Of a stretch of DNA of 35,619 nt, positions 18,872 through 27,828 are shown one piece after another. Position 1 is the stretch's first letter; every line of letters starts with the position of its first letter. Below the pieces are notes generated by a model. That model saw only the letters and a list, made by a program, of their open reading frames with translations, had not been told where the DNA came from and did not search any database. The stretch covers positions 1 through 35,619 of the forward strand of contig CAKKSJ010000059.1 in the NCBI GenBank assembly GCA_919902965.1, read 5' to 3'. The translations under genes and the position numbers were made by a program. Origin of the DNA: Burkholderiales bacterium (GTDB lineage Bacteria > Pseudomonadota > Gammaproteobacteria > Burkholderiales > SG8-39).

Positions 18872-19627
18872 ATGAACCAGAAAGTTATCGCGATATCCAC
18901 GGCGCCGCAGCTTGCGGCCGCCGCAGACGGGACGCACGCCGCCCCGACGCTGATCGCCCCGTCCAATTTTCTGGCCCAGCTCGACGCGAACGAGGCAGCC
19001 GGCCTGCAGGCGATTGCGATAGCGCGCCATTACGCCAAGGGCGACTATGTGTTTCGCTGCGGCGGTCCGGGCCATAACGTCTATTTCCTGCGCAGCGGGA
19101 GGATCAAGATCCATCAGCTTTCGCCGCTCGGGCGCGAGGTGATTCTGTGGTTCTGCTTTTCGGGCGAAATATTCGGGCTCGCCGAAGCGGCGCGCGGCGG
19201 CGAGCGCGCCGTCAACGCGCAGGCTTGCGAGGCGTCCGAAGTGCTGGCGGTCGCACAGGACAAATTTGGGAACTATCTAGACCATCATCCGCATGTGGCG
19301 AAGCTGAGCATGCAGGTGCTGTCCTCGCGCTTGCGCGTGCTGGGCGAAATGTTTGTGAATCTGGTCGCCGATGACGTCAACACGCGCATCGGCAAGCTGA
19401 TACTGCGCTTGAGCGCACGCTACGGAACGCGTGTGGGCAAGGAGATTTTCCTCAACATCCCGCTGACGCACCAGGAGATCGCCGACATGATCGGCACCTC
19501 GCGCCAGACCGTGACCAGCGCGCTGGGCGCGCTGAAGCGGCAGGGGGTGCTGAGCATAGACAATCGCCGCATCCACATCGAAAGCGAGGAACTGTTGAAC
19601 GAGCTTGCGCGCGACGGCGCTCGCTAG
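18872..19627 (+). CDS. Crp/Fnr-family transcriptional regulator (high-GC paralog)
   Basis: A cNMP-binding-like beta-roll (YVFRCGGPGHNVYFLRSGRIKI) plus a C-terminal HTH (LTHQEIADMIGTSRQTVTSAL). There is no FNR-type N-terminal Cys cluster. Confidence 0.85.
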   Translation: MNQKVIAISTAPQLAAAADGTHAAPTLIAPSNFLAQLDANEAAGLQAIAIARHYAKGDYVFRCGGPGHNVYFLRSGRIKIHQLSPLGREVILWFCFSGEIFGLAEAARGGERAVNAQACEASEVLAVAQDKFGNYLDHHPHVAKLSMQVLSSRLRVLGEMFVNLVADDVNTRIGKLILRLSARYGTRVGKEIFLNIPLTHQEIADMIGTSRQTVTSALGALKRQGVLSIDNRRIHIESEELLNELARDGAR

Positions 19628-19711
19628 TGTTTCGGGGGTTCTGCCGGACTGTTTTTTCGGTCGCTCCGGCACGCGCATACCCGGCAACAGGCGCATAATG
19701 GCCGGATAACT

Positions 19712-20392
19712 ATGGACGCTCTGTGGTATCTGCATGAACAAGATTTCTTTTCCGGCTTGAACGCCGAAAAGAAGGCGTTCATCTCTCATTCAAAAAAGAG
19801 ATCCATCAAGAGAAATGTATATCTGTTCAGTCAGGGAGAGGCCGGTGATTCCGTCTTTTATCTCGAGAGCGGCGAGGTGCGGATTTCCCGCCTGACTCCG
19901 CATGGAAAAGAGTCGATTGTATTCATACGGCATGCCGGTGAACTATTCGGTCTGGCCGAAGCCATAGGCGGCGTAGCAAGGACTTGCAGCGCCCAGGCCA
20001 TAAGCGCGTGTCGTTTGTATGAGATTCAGCGAATGGAGCTCGAAGAACTGCTTTCACGGCACTGGGCTCTCTCCAGGCGGGTGATGGAAGTTCTCGGAGG
20101 CCGCTTGAGGTATCTCGGAGAACAGTTGGGCAATTTGATGTCCTGCGACGTGACTACCAGATTGTCGAGACTGCTTTTTTACTTGAGCTGCTATAAGCAG
20201 ATGGATCCCGAAGTCTGGAATGCGTCTGATGCCATCCCGGTGAAACTCACCCAGGAACAAATGGCGTCGATGATAGGATCATGCCAGCAAACCGTAAGCG
20301 CGGTTCTCAAGCAATTCGAGATGGAAGGCCTGATCCGAGTTTCCCGCAATCGTCGGGAAATCATCATCCTCAAACCCGTAAGCCTGGTCTAA
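19712..20392 (+). CDS. Crp/Fnr-family transcriptional regulator (low-GC paralog, first gene of the island)
   Basis: A beta-roll (YLFSQGEAGDSVFYLESGEVRISR) plus an HTH (LTQEQMASMIGSCQQTVSAVL). There is no FNR Cys cluster. It is AT-richer than its neighbour. Confidence 0.85.
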   Translation: MDALWYLHEQDFFSGLNAEKKAFISHSKKRSIKRNVYLFSQGEAGDSVFYLESGEVRISRLTPHGKESIVFIRHAGELFGLAEAIGGVARTCSAQAISACRLYEIQRMELEELLSRHWALSRRVMEVLGGRLRYLGEQLGNLMSCDVTTRLSRLLFYLSCYKQMDPEVWNASDAIPVKLTQEQMASMIGSCQQTVSAVLKQFEMEGLIRVSRNRREIIILKPVSLV

Positions 20393-20719
20393 AGTTATCC
20401 ATAGCGGTTGAGTCAGCTTCTGCCGGTTCCTAATCCGGCAACTATCGTCCAAGCGATAGAACCCACTTGTCAATTAGGGTTATCGTACCGCCAACTTCGG
20501 AGTCCACTGAAATCGTTTTGCGATGATTGGCGACCCGTTCCTGCGTAAAAGATTACCGTCTATCAATCGTCAATCGGCACGGTCTGAGCTCCGGCACTGT
20601 GCATGAGATGCGTTCCAGTCACCCCGGCCCACGCCTTCCGGTCGAAATCCCGGACGGCACGCCGGCCTGAGAGATTATTACCGGCAGGACCTTCCAGATT
20701 CGTCTAAGGAGAAAAGCAT

Positions 20720-21271
20720 ATGAAAAACGCGTTGGTTTCAGCAGTCATGGCCGTATTCTTTTTGGGCATGGGGGGAGTGGCGTCTGCAGCAGACATCACG
20801 CCGAAGATGCAGCAGAAAATCGATGTCTACAAGAAGAAGGCGGTCGAATGGGCCGCTGATGCGAAATTGATAGAAGCGGTGAAGCAGAGCAATGCCAAAG
20901 GCCCGGTGACGGCGAATGCCAAGTGGCGCGAACTGAAGGAAACAGACCCCGTTGTTCAGGGTTTGGTAAGCAGCCCGACAGGCCAGCTTTTGACCCAATG
21001 GATGAATGCCGACGCCAAGGGCATCAACAAAATCGTGCTTAGCGGCGACAAAAGCCACCGCGTCGCATTCACCTCTATGCCGGCCATCTACATCGGCAAG
21101 ACCAAGCCCAATTTCGACGAGTCCTTCGGCGGCAAGGTGTGGCAGCAGGGCGAGTCCAAGCCAGATCCGAGCACTAACATCGATACGGTGCAAATTTCCG
21201 CACCGGTGAAAGATGGAAACAAAATAATCGGCGTGCTTCTTGTCAGCCTCACCGCGGCGAACTTGAAGTAG
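20720..21271 (+). CDS. secreted single Cache/PDC-like ligand-binding protein
   Basis: 183-aa ORF with AAGGAG 8 nt upstream and a signal peptide (...GMGGVASA/AD). The C-terminal ISAPVKDGNKIIGVLLVSL is typical of Cache-fold beta strands. It has no TM or output domain. Confidence 0.6.
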   Translation: MKNALVSAVMAVFFLGMGGVASAADITPKMQQKIDVYKKKAVEWAADAKLIEAVKQSNAKGPVTANAKWRELKETDPVVQGLVSSPTGQLLTQWMNADAKGINKIVLSGDKSHRVAFTSMPAIYIGKTKPNFDESFGGKVWQQGESKPDPSTNIDTVQISAPVKDGNKIIGVLLVSLTAANLK

Positions 21272-21319
21272 GTGGCGATGAAAACGTCCGCAGGAGTAAT
21301 CAATAGAAAGGGAGCGGTT

Positions 21320-22840
21320 ATGAACAAATTGGATACGCCGATTTCCGTCCCGGCCAGTGGCTTCTTCGGCCGGTTCGTAGATAACATTCGTGCACGTGAG
21401 GGCACGCCGGCCAAGACATTGATCGGGTTTTTTGCCGCTTGGGCGGCGTTTTTCTTCATTCTCTGGGTCATGCCGCTACCCGCAGGCATGACCCCCGCCG
21501 GAAAAGCGACCCTGGCGGTTCTGGTATGGGCCACGATCATGTGGATAACCGAAGCCATACCCGTCGGTGTATCAGGACTGATTATTCCCATGCTTCTGGT
21601 TATGGGCGGGGCGGCCGCCAAGTTTCCGGCAGCCGCAAGCGGTTTCGCTCAACCCGTTGCTTTCCTGACCCTGGCGGCGTTCTTGTTTGCCGCCATCATT
21701 CAAGCCGCCGGACTCGATCGGCGTATTGCCATCACGCTGATGAAAAAATTTCGCGTAAAAGAAGTCGGCGGTGTGATTTGGGCGATGTTCGGCGTCAACC
21801 TGGTGCTGTCGTTCATCATCCCGGCGGCGAACGCCAGGGCTGCCACTTTGCTGCCGGTCGTGAACGGCATTACCAGCTTGTTTGGCGACACGCCGGAGGA
21901 GCGCGCCGGAAAGAAAGCGATAGTCATACAGTCGCTGGTGTACGGCTCGATGATCAGCGGCATGTGCATCATGACCGCGCATCTGCCCAATCTGATTCTG
22001 GTGGGGCTGTTTGACACGGAACTGGGCTACACCCTCTCGTATTTCAACTGGTTCCTGCTGCAATGGCCTTACCTGGGCATGTTTGTCATAACGCAGTGGT
22101 GGGTGCAACACTACTTCAAGACGCGCGGAGTCATGATCCCCGGCGGTTTGGAAAAAGTAAGGGAAATGCACACACAACTGCCCAAAACCAGCCAGACGGA
22201 ATGGTTGATATTGGCGGTATTCGCGCTGGTCGGGCTGCTGTGGATGACGGAGTCCGTTCATCACATTAAGGCGCAGAACGCGGCCTTGATGGGCATTGCG
22301 ATTGCCTTCATTCCGGGGATGTTCGACTTCAAATGGAAAATGCTCCAGGACCGGACGATCTGGGGGACATGGTTGCTGCTGGCCGGCGCCTTGTCCATGT
22401 CCGCCACCATGGGGACCTCCGGTCTGGCGGGATGGCTGGCCGACGTGATTCACCCTGTTGCCGCAGGGCGTTCGTGGTGGCTAATCCTGCTCATACTCAT
22501 GGTTGGCACGCATATCATCCGGCTGGGAATGCTGTCCAATATCGCGGCCATCGCCATGCTGGCACCCGTGCTGATAGCGCTGGGGCCCAAGTTCGGGCTG
22601 CATCCGGTTGCTTTCACCATGCTCATTTCCGATACGGATACCTTTGCCTATATCCTGCCGACGCAGATTACCGCCGCGGTTATCGCCTACAGCAGCGGCA
22701 CCTTCAGCATGGCGGATTATGCCAAGGTGGGATGGGTGTCTGTGCTCATCGCCATTGCCTACGGCATCCTGGTCATGGCGCCCTGGTACGCGTTTATGGG
22801 TATTCCGGTCTGGAATCCTTCAGCACCCTGGCCATTCTGA
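21320..22840 (+). CDS. SLC13/DASS-family anion:cation symporter
   Basis: The start is set at ATG 21320 (AGGGAG 5 nt upstream; the ORF-track start at 21272 directly abuts the previous stop codon). It is a polytopic protein with duplicated hairpin motifs (PAANARAATLLPV and LPTQITAAV) of the kind seen in DASS/ArsB-NhaD superfamily permeases. Confidence 0.8.
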   Translation: MNKLDTPISVPASGFFGRFVDNIRAREGTPAKTLIGFFAAWAAFFFILWVMPLPAGMTPAGKATLAVLVWATIMWITEAIPVGVSGLIIPMLLVMGGAAAKFPAAASGFAQPVAFLTLAAFLFAAIIQAAGLDRRIAITLMKKFRVKEVGGVIWAMFGVNLVLSFIIPAANARAATLLPVVNGITSLFGDTPEERAGKKAIVIQSLVYGSMISGMCIMTAHLPNLILVGLFDTELGYTLSYFNWFLLQWPYLGMFVITQWWVQHYFKTRGVMIPGGLEKVREMHTQLPKTSQTEWLILAVFALVGLLWMTESVHHIKAQNAALMGIAIAFIPGMFDFKWKMLQDRTIWGTWLLLAGALSMSATMGTSGLAGWLADVIHPVAAGRSWWLILLILMVGTHIIRLGMLSNIAAIAMLAPVLIALGPKFGLHPVAFTMLISDTDTFAYILPTQITAAVIAYSSGTFSMADYAKVGWVSVLIAIAYGILVMAPWYAFMGIPVWNPSAPWPF

Positions 22841-23005
22841 GTGGCGATTCGAGTTGAAGTCCTCCGCGCAACCATGGCCGGAGGACTGCAAGGGGAAATT
22901 AAATCCAGCAAGTGCCATTCGGGTTCAAGGTCATCGCTACCTGTCGGTTCCCGGACTTAGTGCTTCCAGCACGGCTACGAAATAAATTTGACGGAGCTTG
23001 AAACA

Positions 23006-24841
23006 ATGAAAAAAGATCTCCCAAAAACCATCGCCGAGGTTGAAGAGATAAGGATAGAGACCGATCTCCTTATCATCGGCGGAGGCAACTCCGGTTGCTT
23101 TGTCGCGATCGAGGCGAAGGAGAAGAACCCCAACATCGATGTGACCATCATGGAAAAGGCGCACATCGACCGCAGCGGCGCCCTGGCCGCGGGCATGGAT
23201 GCCATCAATACCTATATCGGCGAAGGCGAGACGCCGGAATCGATCGTCGCCTGGAGCCGGGCGCAGGTCGGTGGCGGCCCCCTGAGAGAAGACCTTGCCC
23301 TGAGCAATGCCGCTATCCTGAACCAGTGCGTGGAGTCTCTCGAAGCCTGGGGAGTGCCGTTCAAAAAAGACGAGAAGGGTAGATACAAGAGAAGGGGAAG
23401 ATTCGATATCTCCATTCATGGAGAACAGTTGAAGCCGATCATCGCCGAGAAGACGAAGAGCTACAACCCACGGATATTGAACCGGGTTGCGGCGACCAAT
23501 TTGCTCAAAGACGGAGACCGCGTCATCGGCGCCACGGGCTTCGGCATCAGGGACGGCAAATTTTACGTAATCAAGGCCAAGGCCACCATCGTGTCTACCG
23601 GCGGCGCCGCCGGCCTGTACCGTTCGGCGACCAACGACGGCACAACCTCGCACCACCAGATGTGGATGAACCCTTTCAACGTGGGCACGGGATATGCCAT
23701 AGGCATCAGGGCCGGTGCCGAGTTTACGCTCATGGAACAGCGCTGGTGCGCGACCAGGGTGAAGGATTTCTGCGGACCGGTGGACACCATCTCCGTAGGC
23801 TACAAGGCGAAAATGATCAACGCCAAGGAAGAGTTGATCCTGGATTCACCGCGATACCGCGGTCTCGGAGGCGACACGGCGCCGCGTTACATACGGGCCA
23901 ACGCGCCCATGAGCGAATGGAGCGAAGGCAGAGGGCCGACCTTCGTGGATACGCGCCAACTCTCTCCGGGCCAGGTCAAGGACCTCAAGATCGACTATCT
24001 CAACGAACGGCCTACCTATGTGCTTTTCCTGGCGGCACGGGGGCAGGATCCGGCGAAAGAGCCCCTGGAAATCTACGGCAGCGATCCCTACATCGTCGGC
24101 GGTCACACGGCCAGCGGCTACTGGGTCGATGGCGACAGAATGGCGACCCTTGCGGGCCTGTTCGCGGCCGGCGAGTGCGCGGGCGGGATGCCGAACAAGT
24201 TTGTCGGCGGATGCGCGGCGGAGGGAGTCCTCGCCGCGCGCGGGACGCTAAAGCATATCTCGGGCATGGATCACGGCAACGTCGATCAAAATCAGGTCGC
24301 GGCGGAAAAGGAAAGGGTGTTCGCGCCGCTCTTGCGCGGCGCGACCATGGAAGCCAAATACACCCTGCCCGTCGGGCAGGACCCGCGCTGGCAGTATGAC
24401 GCAGTCACGCCGGAGGAGATGGAGGAGCGGCTGCAAAGACTCATGGACGAGTACGCCGGCGGGGTGGGCCAGTTCTTCAAGTGCAACGAGGAGCAGCTCA
24501 ACTACGCCCTCAAGCATATCGGGATGATGAAGAAACAGGTGAACAAGCTGTTTGCGACCAGCCTGCACGATCTCGTCCTTGTCCACGACGTTGTCGACCG
24601 TCTCGACGTCGCCGAGGTGGTGGTCCTGCATTTGCGCGAGAGAAGGGAGTGCAGATGGCCCGGTTGGCAGACGCGGAGCGATTACCCCGAGGTCGATCCG
24701 AGCCTCGACTGTTACATCAACTCGAGAAAGAATCTCGAGACGGGCGAGATCGAGATGCTGAAACGGCCTTACCAGCAGGTTCTTCCCGGGGACCGGACGA
24801 AGGCTCCGTCGCCGATTCCGCTTTCCGCAGAGAAGGCATAA
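23006..24841 (+). CDS. adenylylsulfate (APS) reductase alpha-subunit-like FAD flavoprotein, divergent
   Basis: The start is set at ATG 23006 (GGAG upstream; the ORF track begins at TTG 22988). It has the dinucleotide fold DLLIIGGGNSG. Blocks SGALAAGMDAINTYIG, MEQRWCATRVKDFCGPV, EGRGPTFVDT, DPYIVGGHTASGYW, DEYAGGVGQFF and ERRECRWPGWQTRSDYP...KRPYQQVLPGD align by eye with AprA blocks I remember, including the AprA-specific C-terminal domain. Confidence 0.75.
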   Translation: MKKDLPKTIAEVEEIRIETDLLIIGGGNSGCFVAIEAKEKNPNIDVTIMEKAHIDRSGALAAGMDAINTYIGEGETPESIVAWSRAQVGGGPLREDLALSNAAILNQCVESLEAWGVPFKKDEKGRYKRRGRFDISIHGEQLKPIIAEKTKSYNPRILNRVAATNLLKDGDRVIGATGFGIRDGKFYVIKAKATIVSTGGAAGLYRSATNDGTTSHHQMWMNPFNVGTGYAIGIRAGAEFTLMEQRWCATRVKDFCGPVDTISVGYKAKMINAKEELILDSPRYRGLGGDTAPRYIRANAPMSEWSEGRGPTFVDTRQLSPGQVKDLKIDYLNERPTYVLFLAARGQDPAKEPLEIYGSDPYIVGGHTASGYWVDGDRMATLAGLFAAGECAGGMPNKFVGGCAAEGVLAARGTLKHISGMDHGNVDQNQVAAEKERVFAPLLRGATMEAKYTLPVGQDPRWQYDAVTPEEMEERLQRLMDEYAGGVGQFFKCNEEQLNYALKHIGMMKKQVNKLFATSLHDLVLVHDVVDRLDVAEVVVLHLRERRECRWPGWQTRSDYPEVDPSLDCYINSRKNLETGEIEMLKRPYQQVLPGDRTKAPSPIPLSAEKA

Positions 24842-24930
24842 GGAATAGAAACGCAGGAATTCGTGTCCAGGATTTCATTCTGCCCTGCCGGTCTCGGCCG
24901 CGGATTGCTTAACTTACAGAGGACAAACAC

Positions 24931-25257
24931 ATGCCGGTCTATGTCGTAAAAGATAAATGCGATGGGTGCAAGGGAAAGGACGAACCCCTGTGCGAGCAGA
25001 TATGCATCGGCGACCTCATGACCTTGAACGCGGACACGGGAAAGGCGTACTGCCGCTCCCTCAGGGATTGCTGGGACTGCATGTCCTGCACCAAGATATG
25101 CCCCAAGGGGGCCATAGAGCAGCGCATTCCCTATCAGCTCGGATACCACGGCGCGAAGCTCATTCCCATGATGGGCACCGACTCCATAACCTGGACCTGC
25201 GTCGACATCGACGGCAAGGTGGAGAGATTTTCCTTTCGCACGAGAAACAAACACTGA
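24931..25257 (+). CDS. APS reductase beta-subunit-like 2x[4Fe-4S] ferredoxin, short form
   Basis: 108 aa with AGAGGA 7 nt upstream. MPVYVVKDKCDGCKGKDEPLCEQIC and CWDCMSCTKICPKGAI mirror the two AprB cluster motifs, including the Trp in CW(E/D)C. It lacks the long C-terminal tail of canonical AprB. Confidence 0.7.
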   Translation: MPVYVVKDKCDGCKGKDEPLCEQICIGDLMTLNADTGKAYCRSLRDCWDCMSCTKICPKGAIEQRIPYQLGYHGAKLIPMMGTDSITWTCVDIDGKVERFSFRTRNKH

Positions 25258-25272
25258 ACCGCCTGCCGCCCT

Positions 25273-27381
25273 ATGAGCGATATCACAATCGGCGTCTTCC
25301 TCTGCAGCTGCGCAGGCGAAATTGAAAAGACGATCGCTCTCGACGTGCTCGCACAGGAGGCATCCGGGCGACCCGGGGTGGTCTCCGTCAGCAAGGATTC
25401 CTGTCTCTGTTCGGAACGCGGAATAGACGCCATACGGGAAGACATCAACAAGTACGAACTCGATCGGGTGCTGATCGCGGCCTGTTCGCCTGCCCTGAAA
25501 ACCAGAGAATTCGCGGATCTCGGCATCAACAAATATCTGGTCGAGCGCGTGAACTTGCGCGAGCAATGCAGCCGGTGCCATCCCGATAGTCCCGAAAATG
25601 CGACAAAAAAGGCAAGGGCGATGCTGGCGATGTCTTTGGAGAAAATCAGGCACTCCAAAGCCCTCGAACCGGTAGTGGTGCCCGCGGTCAAGACGGCGCT
25701 GGTGGTGGGCGGAGGGGTTGCCGGCATCAATGCCGCTCTTGACCTGGCGGGAGCGGGCGCCGAGGTGTTCCTGATCGAAAAGAACCCTCATCTCGGCGGG
25801 AAGGTATCCGAACTGCACCGCTATTATCCCCGCCTGTGCCCGCCGTCCTGCGGACTGGAACTCATGTATTCCAGGCTGGAGAGTAACCCGCACATTCATG
25901 TCCTTACCTCGTCCGAGGTTGAGAACCTGAGCGGCTCGCCGGGTAATTTTTCTGTTTCAATAAAGACCACCTCGTCCGACGCAATCAAATCTCCGGAAAA
26001 GGATCAGGTGCGTACGATCATCGCCGGTGCCGTTGTTGTCGCAACCGGATGGGAACCTTTTGATCCGACGCCGCTTAGCGAATACGGCTACGGCAGACTC
26101 GCAAAGGTCATCACGAACCTGGATTTCGAAAGAAACGCCCGGGAACAGGCGCAATTCCTCGGGCAACGGAAGAAAACCGCCTTTATACAATGCGTCGGCA
26201 GCCGCGATGAACGCCATCTGCCGTACTGCTCCGATGTCTGCTGCATGGTAAGCATCAAGCAAGCGCTTTTGCTCAAACAGGCCAATCCCGATAACGAGGT
26301 AACTATTTATTACAACGATATCCGGACGCCGGGCGAGTACGAAGCTGTGTACCGACAGGCGAGAGCCAGCGGGATACATTTTGTTAAAGGCATCCCTTCC
26401 GAACTGCGACAGGACGCGCAGGGAAGAATAAGCGTTGCCGTATTCGACCTCATAGCAGGCGAAAGGACCGAATTCGCCGCCGACCTGGTTGTACTCGCGA
26501 CCGGTATGAAAGCTTCCCGCGGAACGACGGCGCTGAAGAACGCAATCGGCCTGGCCACGAACAAAGACGACTTCATCGAGTCGCACTTGCAATGTCATCC
26601 CCAGGACAGCCAGCGGGAGGGCATATTTACCGCCGGCTGCTGCCGCGCGCCCATGGACGTCTCGAGGTCGATCGAGAGCGCAGGAGCGGCGAGCGCCAAG
26701 GCGCTGCGCTATCTTCAAGGCGAAATTGCGGTCAGTCCCGATTATCCGGTCGTCGATATCCTGAAGTGCGACCGCTGCAAACGCTGCGTGGAGGAGTGTC
26801 CGTTCAAGGCCTACGCCTACGATGACAAGGGATTTCCGCAAGTTGATATTCTCAAGTGCCGCGCCTGCGGCATCTGCATGGGGGGCTGCCCCATCGGCGC
26901 GATTTCGCTCGGCGAACTCGGCATAGAGCAACTTTCGGGAATGTTAGACGTCCTGGACACGTCCTATCTTGGAGAGGATGAACCGGTAATCCTCGGATTT
27001 CTGTGCAAGAACGACGCCTACCGGGCGGCGGATGACGCGGGACTGAACAGCATCTCCTACCCACCAAACCTGATCAGCGTCATGGTCCCCTGCTCGGGCG
27101 CCGTGAACGGCATGATCATCTCCGAGGCCATTTCAAAAGGCGTGGACGGGATTCTGCTCGCCGGATGCGCCGATAACCAGTGTCATTATCTGCACGGGAG
27201 CACGCTGGCAAAAACGAGATTGGCGGATGTCTCGAACAAGCTCAAGGAGATGTATCTGGAGCCTGAAAGAGTCCGCTTCGCGAGCATAGGCAGGGACGAT
27301 CCGGAGAAGTTTGCCGCGACGGTAAAGGAATATGTAGAGGAGCTGAAGCAGTTGGGGAAAAATCCGCTGAGGATCCAGTGA
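25273..27381 (+). CDS. HdrA/QmoB-like FAD and FeS protein with a C-terminal MvhD-like domain
   Basis: 702 aa. It combines an HdrA N-domain (IGVFLCSCAGEI...AACSP...REQCSRCH), an FAD motif (VVGGGVAGINAALDLAG), the HdrA cluster motif QCVGSRDERHLPYCSDVCC, a 2x[4Fe-4S] ferredoxin (CDRCKRCVEECP, CRACGICMGGCP), and an MvhD-like end (FLCKNDAY...VPCSGAVN...LLAGC...CHY). No inserted ferredoxin domain is present. Confidence 0.8.
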   Translation: MSDITIGVFLCSCAGEIEKTIALDVLAQEASGRPGVVSVSKDSCLCSERGIDAIREDINKYELDRVLIAACSPALKTREFADLGINKYLVERVNLREQCSRCHPDSPENATKKARAMLAMSLEKIRHSKALEPVVVPAVKTALVVGGGVAGINAALDLAGAGAEVFLIEKNPHLGGKVSELHRYYPRLCPPSCGLELMYSRLESNPHIHVLTSSEVENLSGSPGNFSVSIKTTSSDAIKSPEKDQVRTIIAGAVVVATGWEPFDPTPLSEYGYGRLAKVITNLDFERNAREQAQFLGQRKKTAFIQCVGSRDERHLPYCSDVCCMVSIKQALLLKQANPDNEVTIYYNDIRTPGEYEAVYRQARASGIHFVKGIPSELRQDAQGRISVAVFDLIAGERTEFAADLVVLATGMKASRGTTALKNAIGLATNKDDFIESHLQCHPQDSQREGIFTAGCCRAPMDVSRSIESAGAASAKALRYLQGEIAVSPDYPVVDILKCDRCKRCVEECPFKAYAYDDKGFPQVDILKCRACGICMGGCPIGAISLGELGIEQLSGMLDVLDTSYLGEDEPVILGFLCKNDAYRAADDAGLNSISYPPNLISVMVPCSGAVNGMIISEAISKGVDGILLAGCADNQCHYLHGSTLAKTRLADVSNKLKEMYLEPERVRFASIGRDDPEKFAATVKEYVEELKQLGKNPLRIQ

Positions 27382-27382
27382 G

Positions 27383-27823
27383 ATGGACAATGCACTCATT
27401 GACGGAGCAAGCCTGAAATCCTGCTATCGCTGCGGAAAATGTACTTCCGGCTGCGAGGTGAACCGCATCGATCCTTCATTTCAACCGCACAGGCTGCTTC
27501 AGCTCATCGCCAGGGGCGCGGTGGATGAACTCATCGATGGCGACGCAATTTGGAAATGCACGACCTGTTTCACCTGTGCCGAGAGATGTCCGCAGGGAAT
27601 AGCGGTAACCGATATTCTCTGGAGCTTGAGGGCGCTGGCGTTTAGATCCTGCCGTAACTCGGGGCTGCTCGAGGCGCAAAAGGCTGCCCTGTTCAAGACC
27701 GGCAGGCTGTATCCGGTGACTGGCCTTGACCATAAGAAACGCGAGAAGGCGGGGCTTCCTCCTCTGGCGGAGAACGCAACTCTCATAAGCCGCATATTTG
27801 ATGCAGCGAAAGCGGGCGGATAG
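27383..27823 (+). CDS. heterodisulfide reductase subunit C-like 2x[4Fe-4S] protein
   Basis: 146 aa with CYRCGKCTSGCE and CTTCFTCAERCP motifs. The start is 2 nt after the upstream stop. Confidence 0.8.
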   Translation: MDNALIDGASLKSCYRCGKCTSGCEVNRIDPSFQPHRLLQLIARGAVDELIDGDAIWKCTTCFTCAERCPQGIAVTDILWSLRALAFRSCRNSGLLEAQKAALFKTGRLYPVTGLDHKKREKAGLPPLAENATLISRIFDAAKAGG

Positions 27824-27828
27824 TTATT

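Noticed and set aside
20655-20710. TPP-riboswitch-like CTGAGA...ACC...CCAGAT string just upstream of the Cache-like gene.
   Set aside because: The obligatory pyrophosphate-sensor helix (the ...CUGGAUAAUGCCAGCG... element, as I recall it) and the P1-P3 pairings are absent. The resemblance is limited to a few short words.
22859-22887. Hairpin AGTCCTCCG-N11-CGGAGGACT between the DASS permease and the AprA-like gene, considered as a terminator splitting the island into two operons.
   Set aside because: There is no U-run after the stem and the loop is large. It may modulate read-through, but I cannot support a terminator call.
21572-26931. Several 198-376-aa antisense ORFs inside the island (21572..22453, 22937..23656, 24769..25899, 25134..25730, 25957..26931).
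   Set aside because: Each lies opposite a gene with strong family motifs and shows no motifs of its own.
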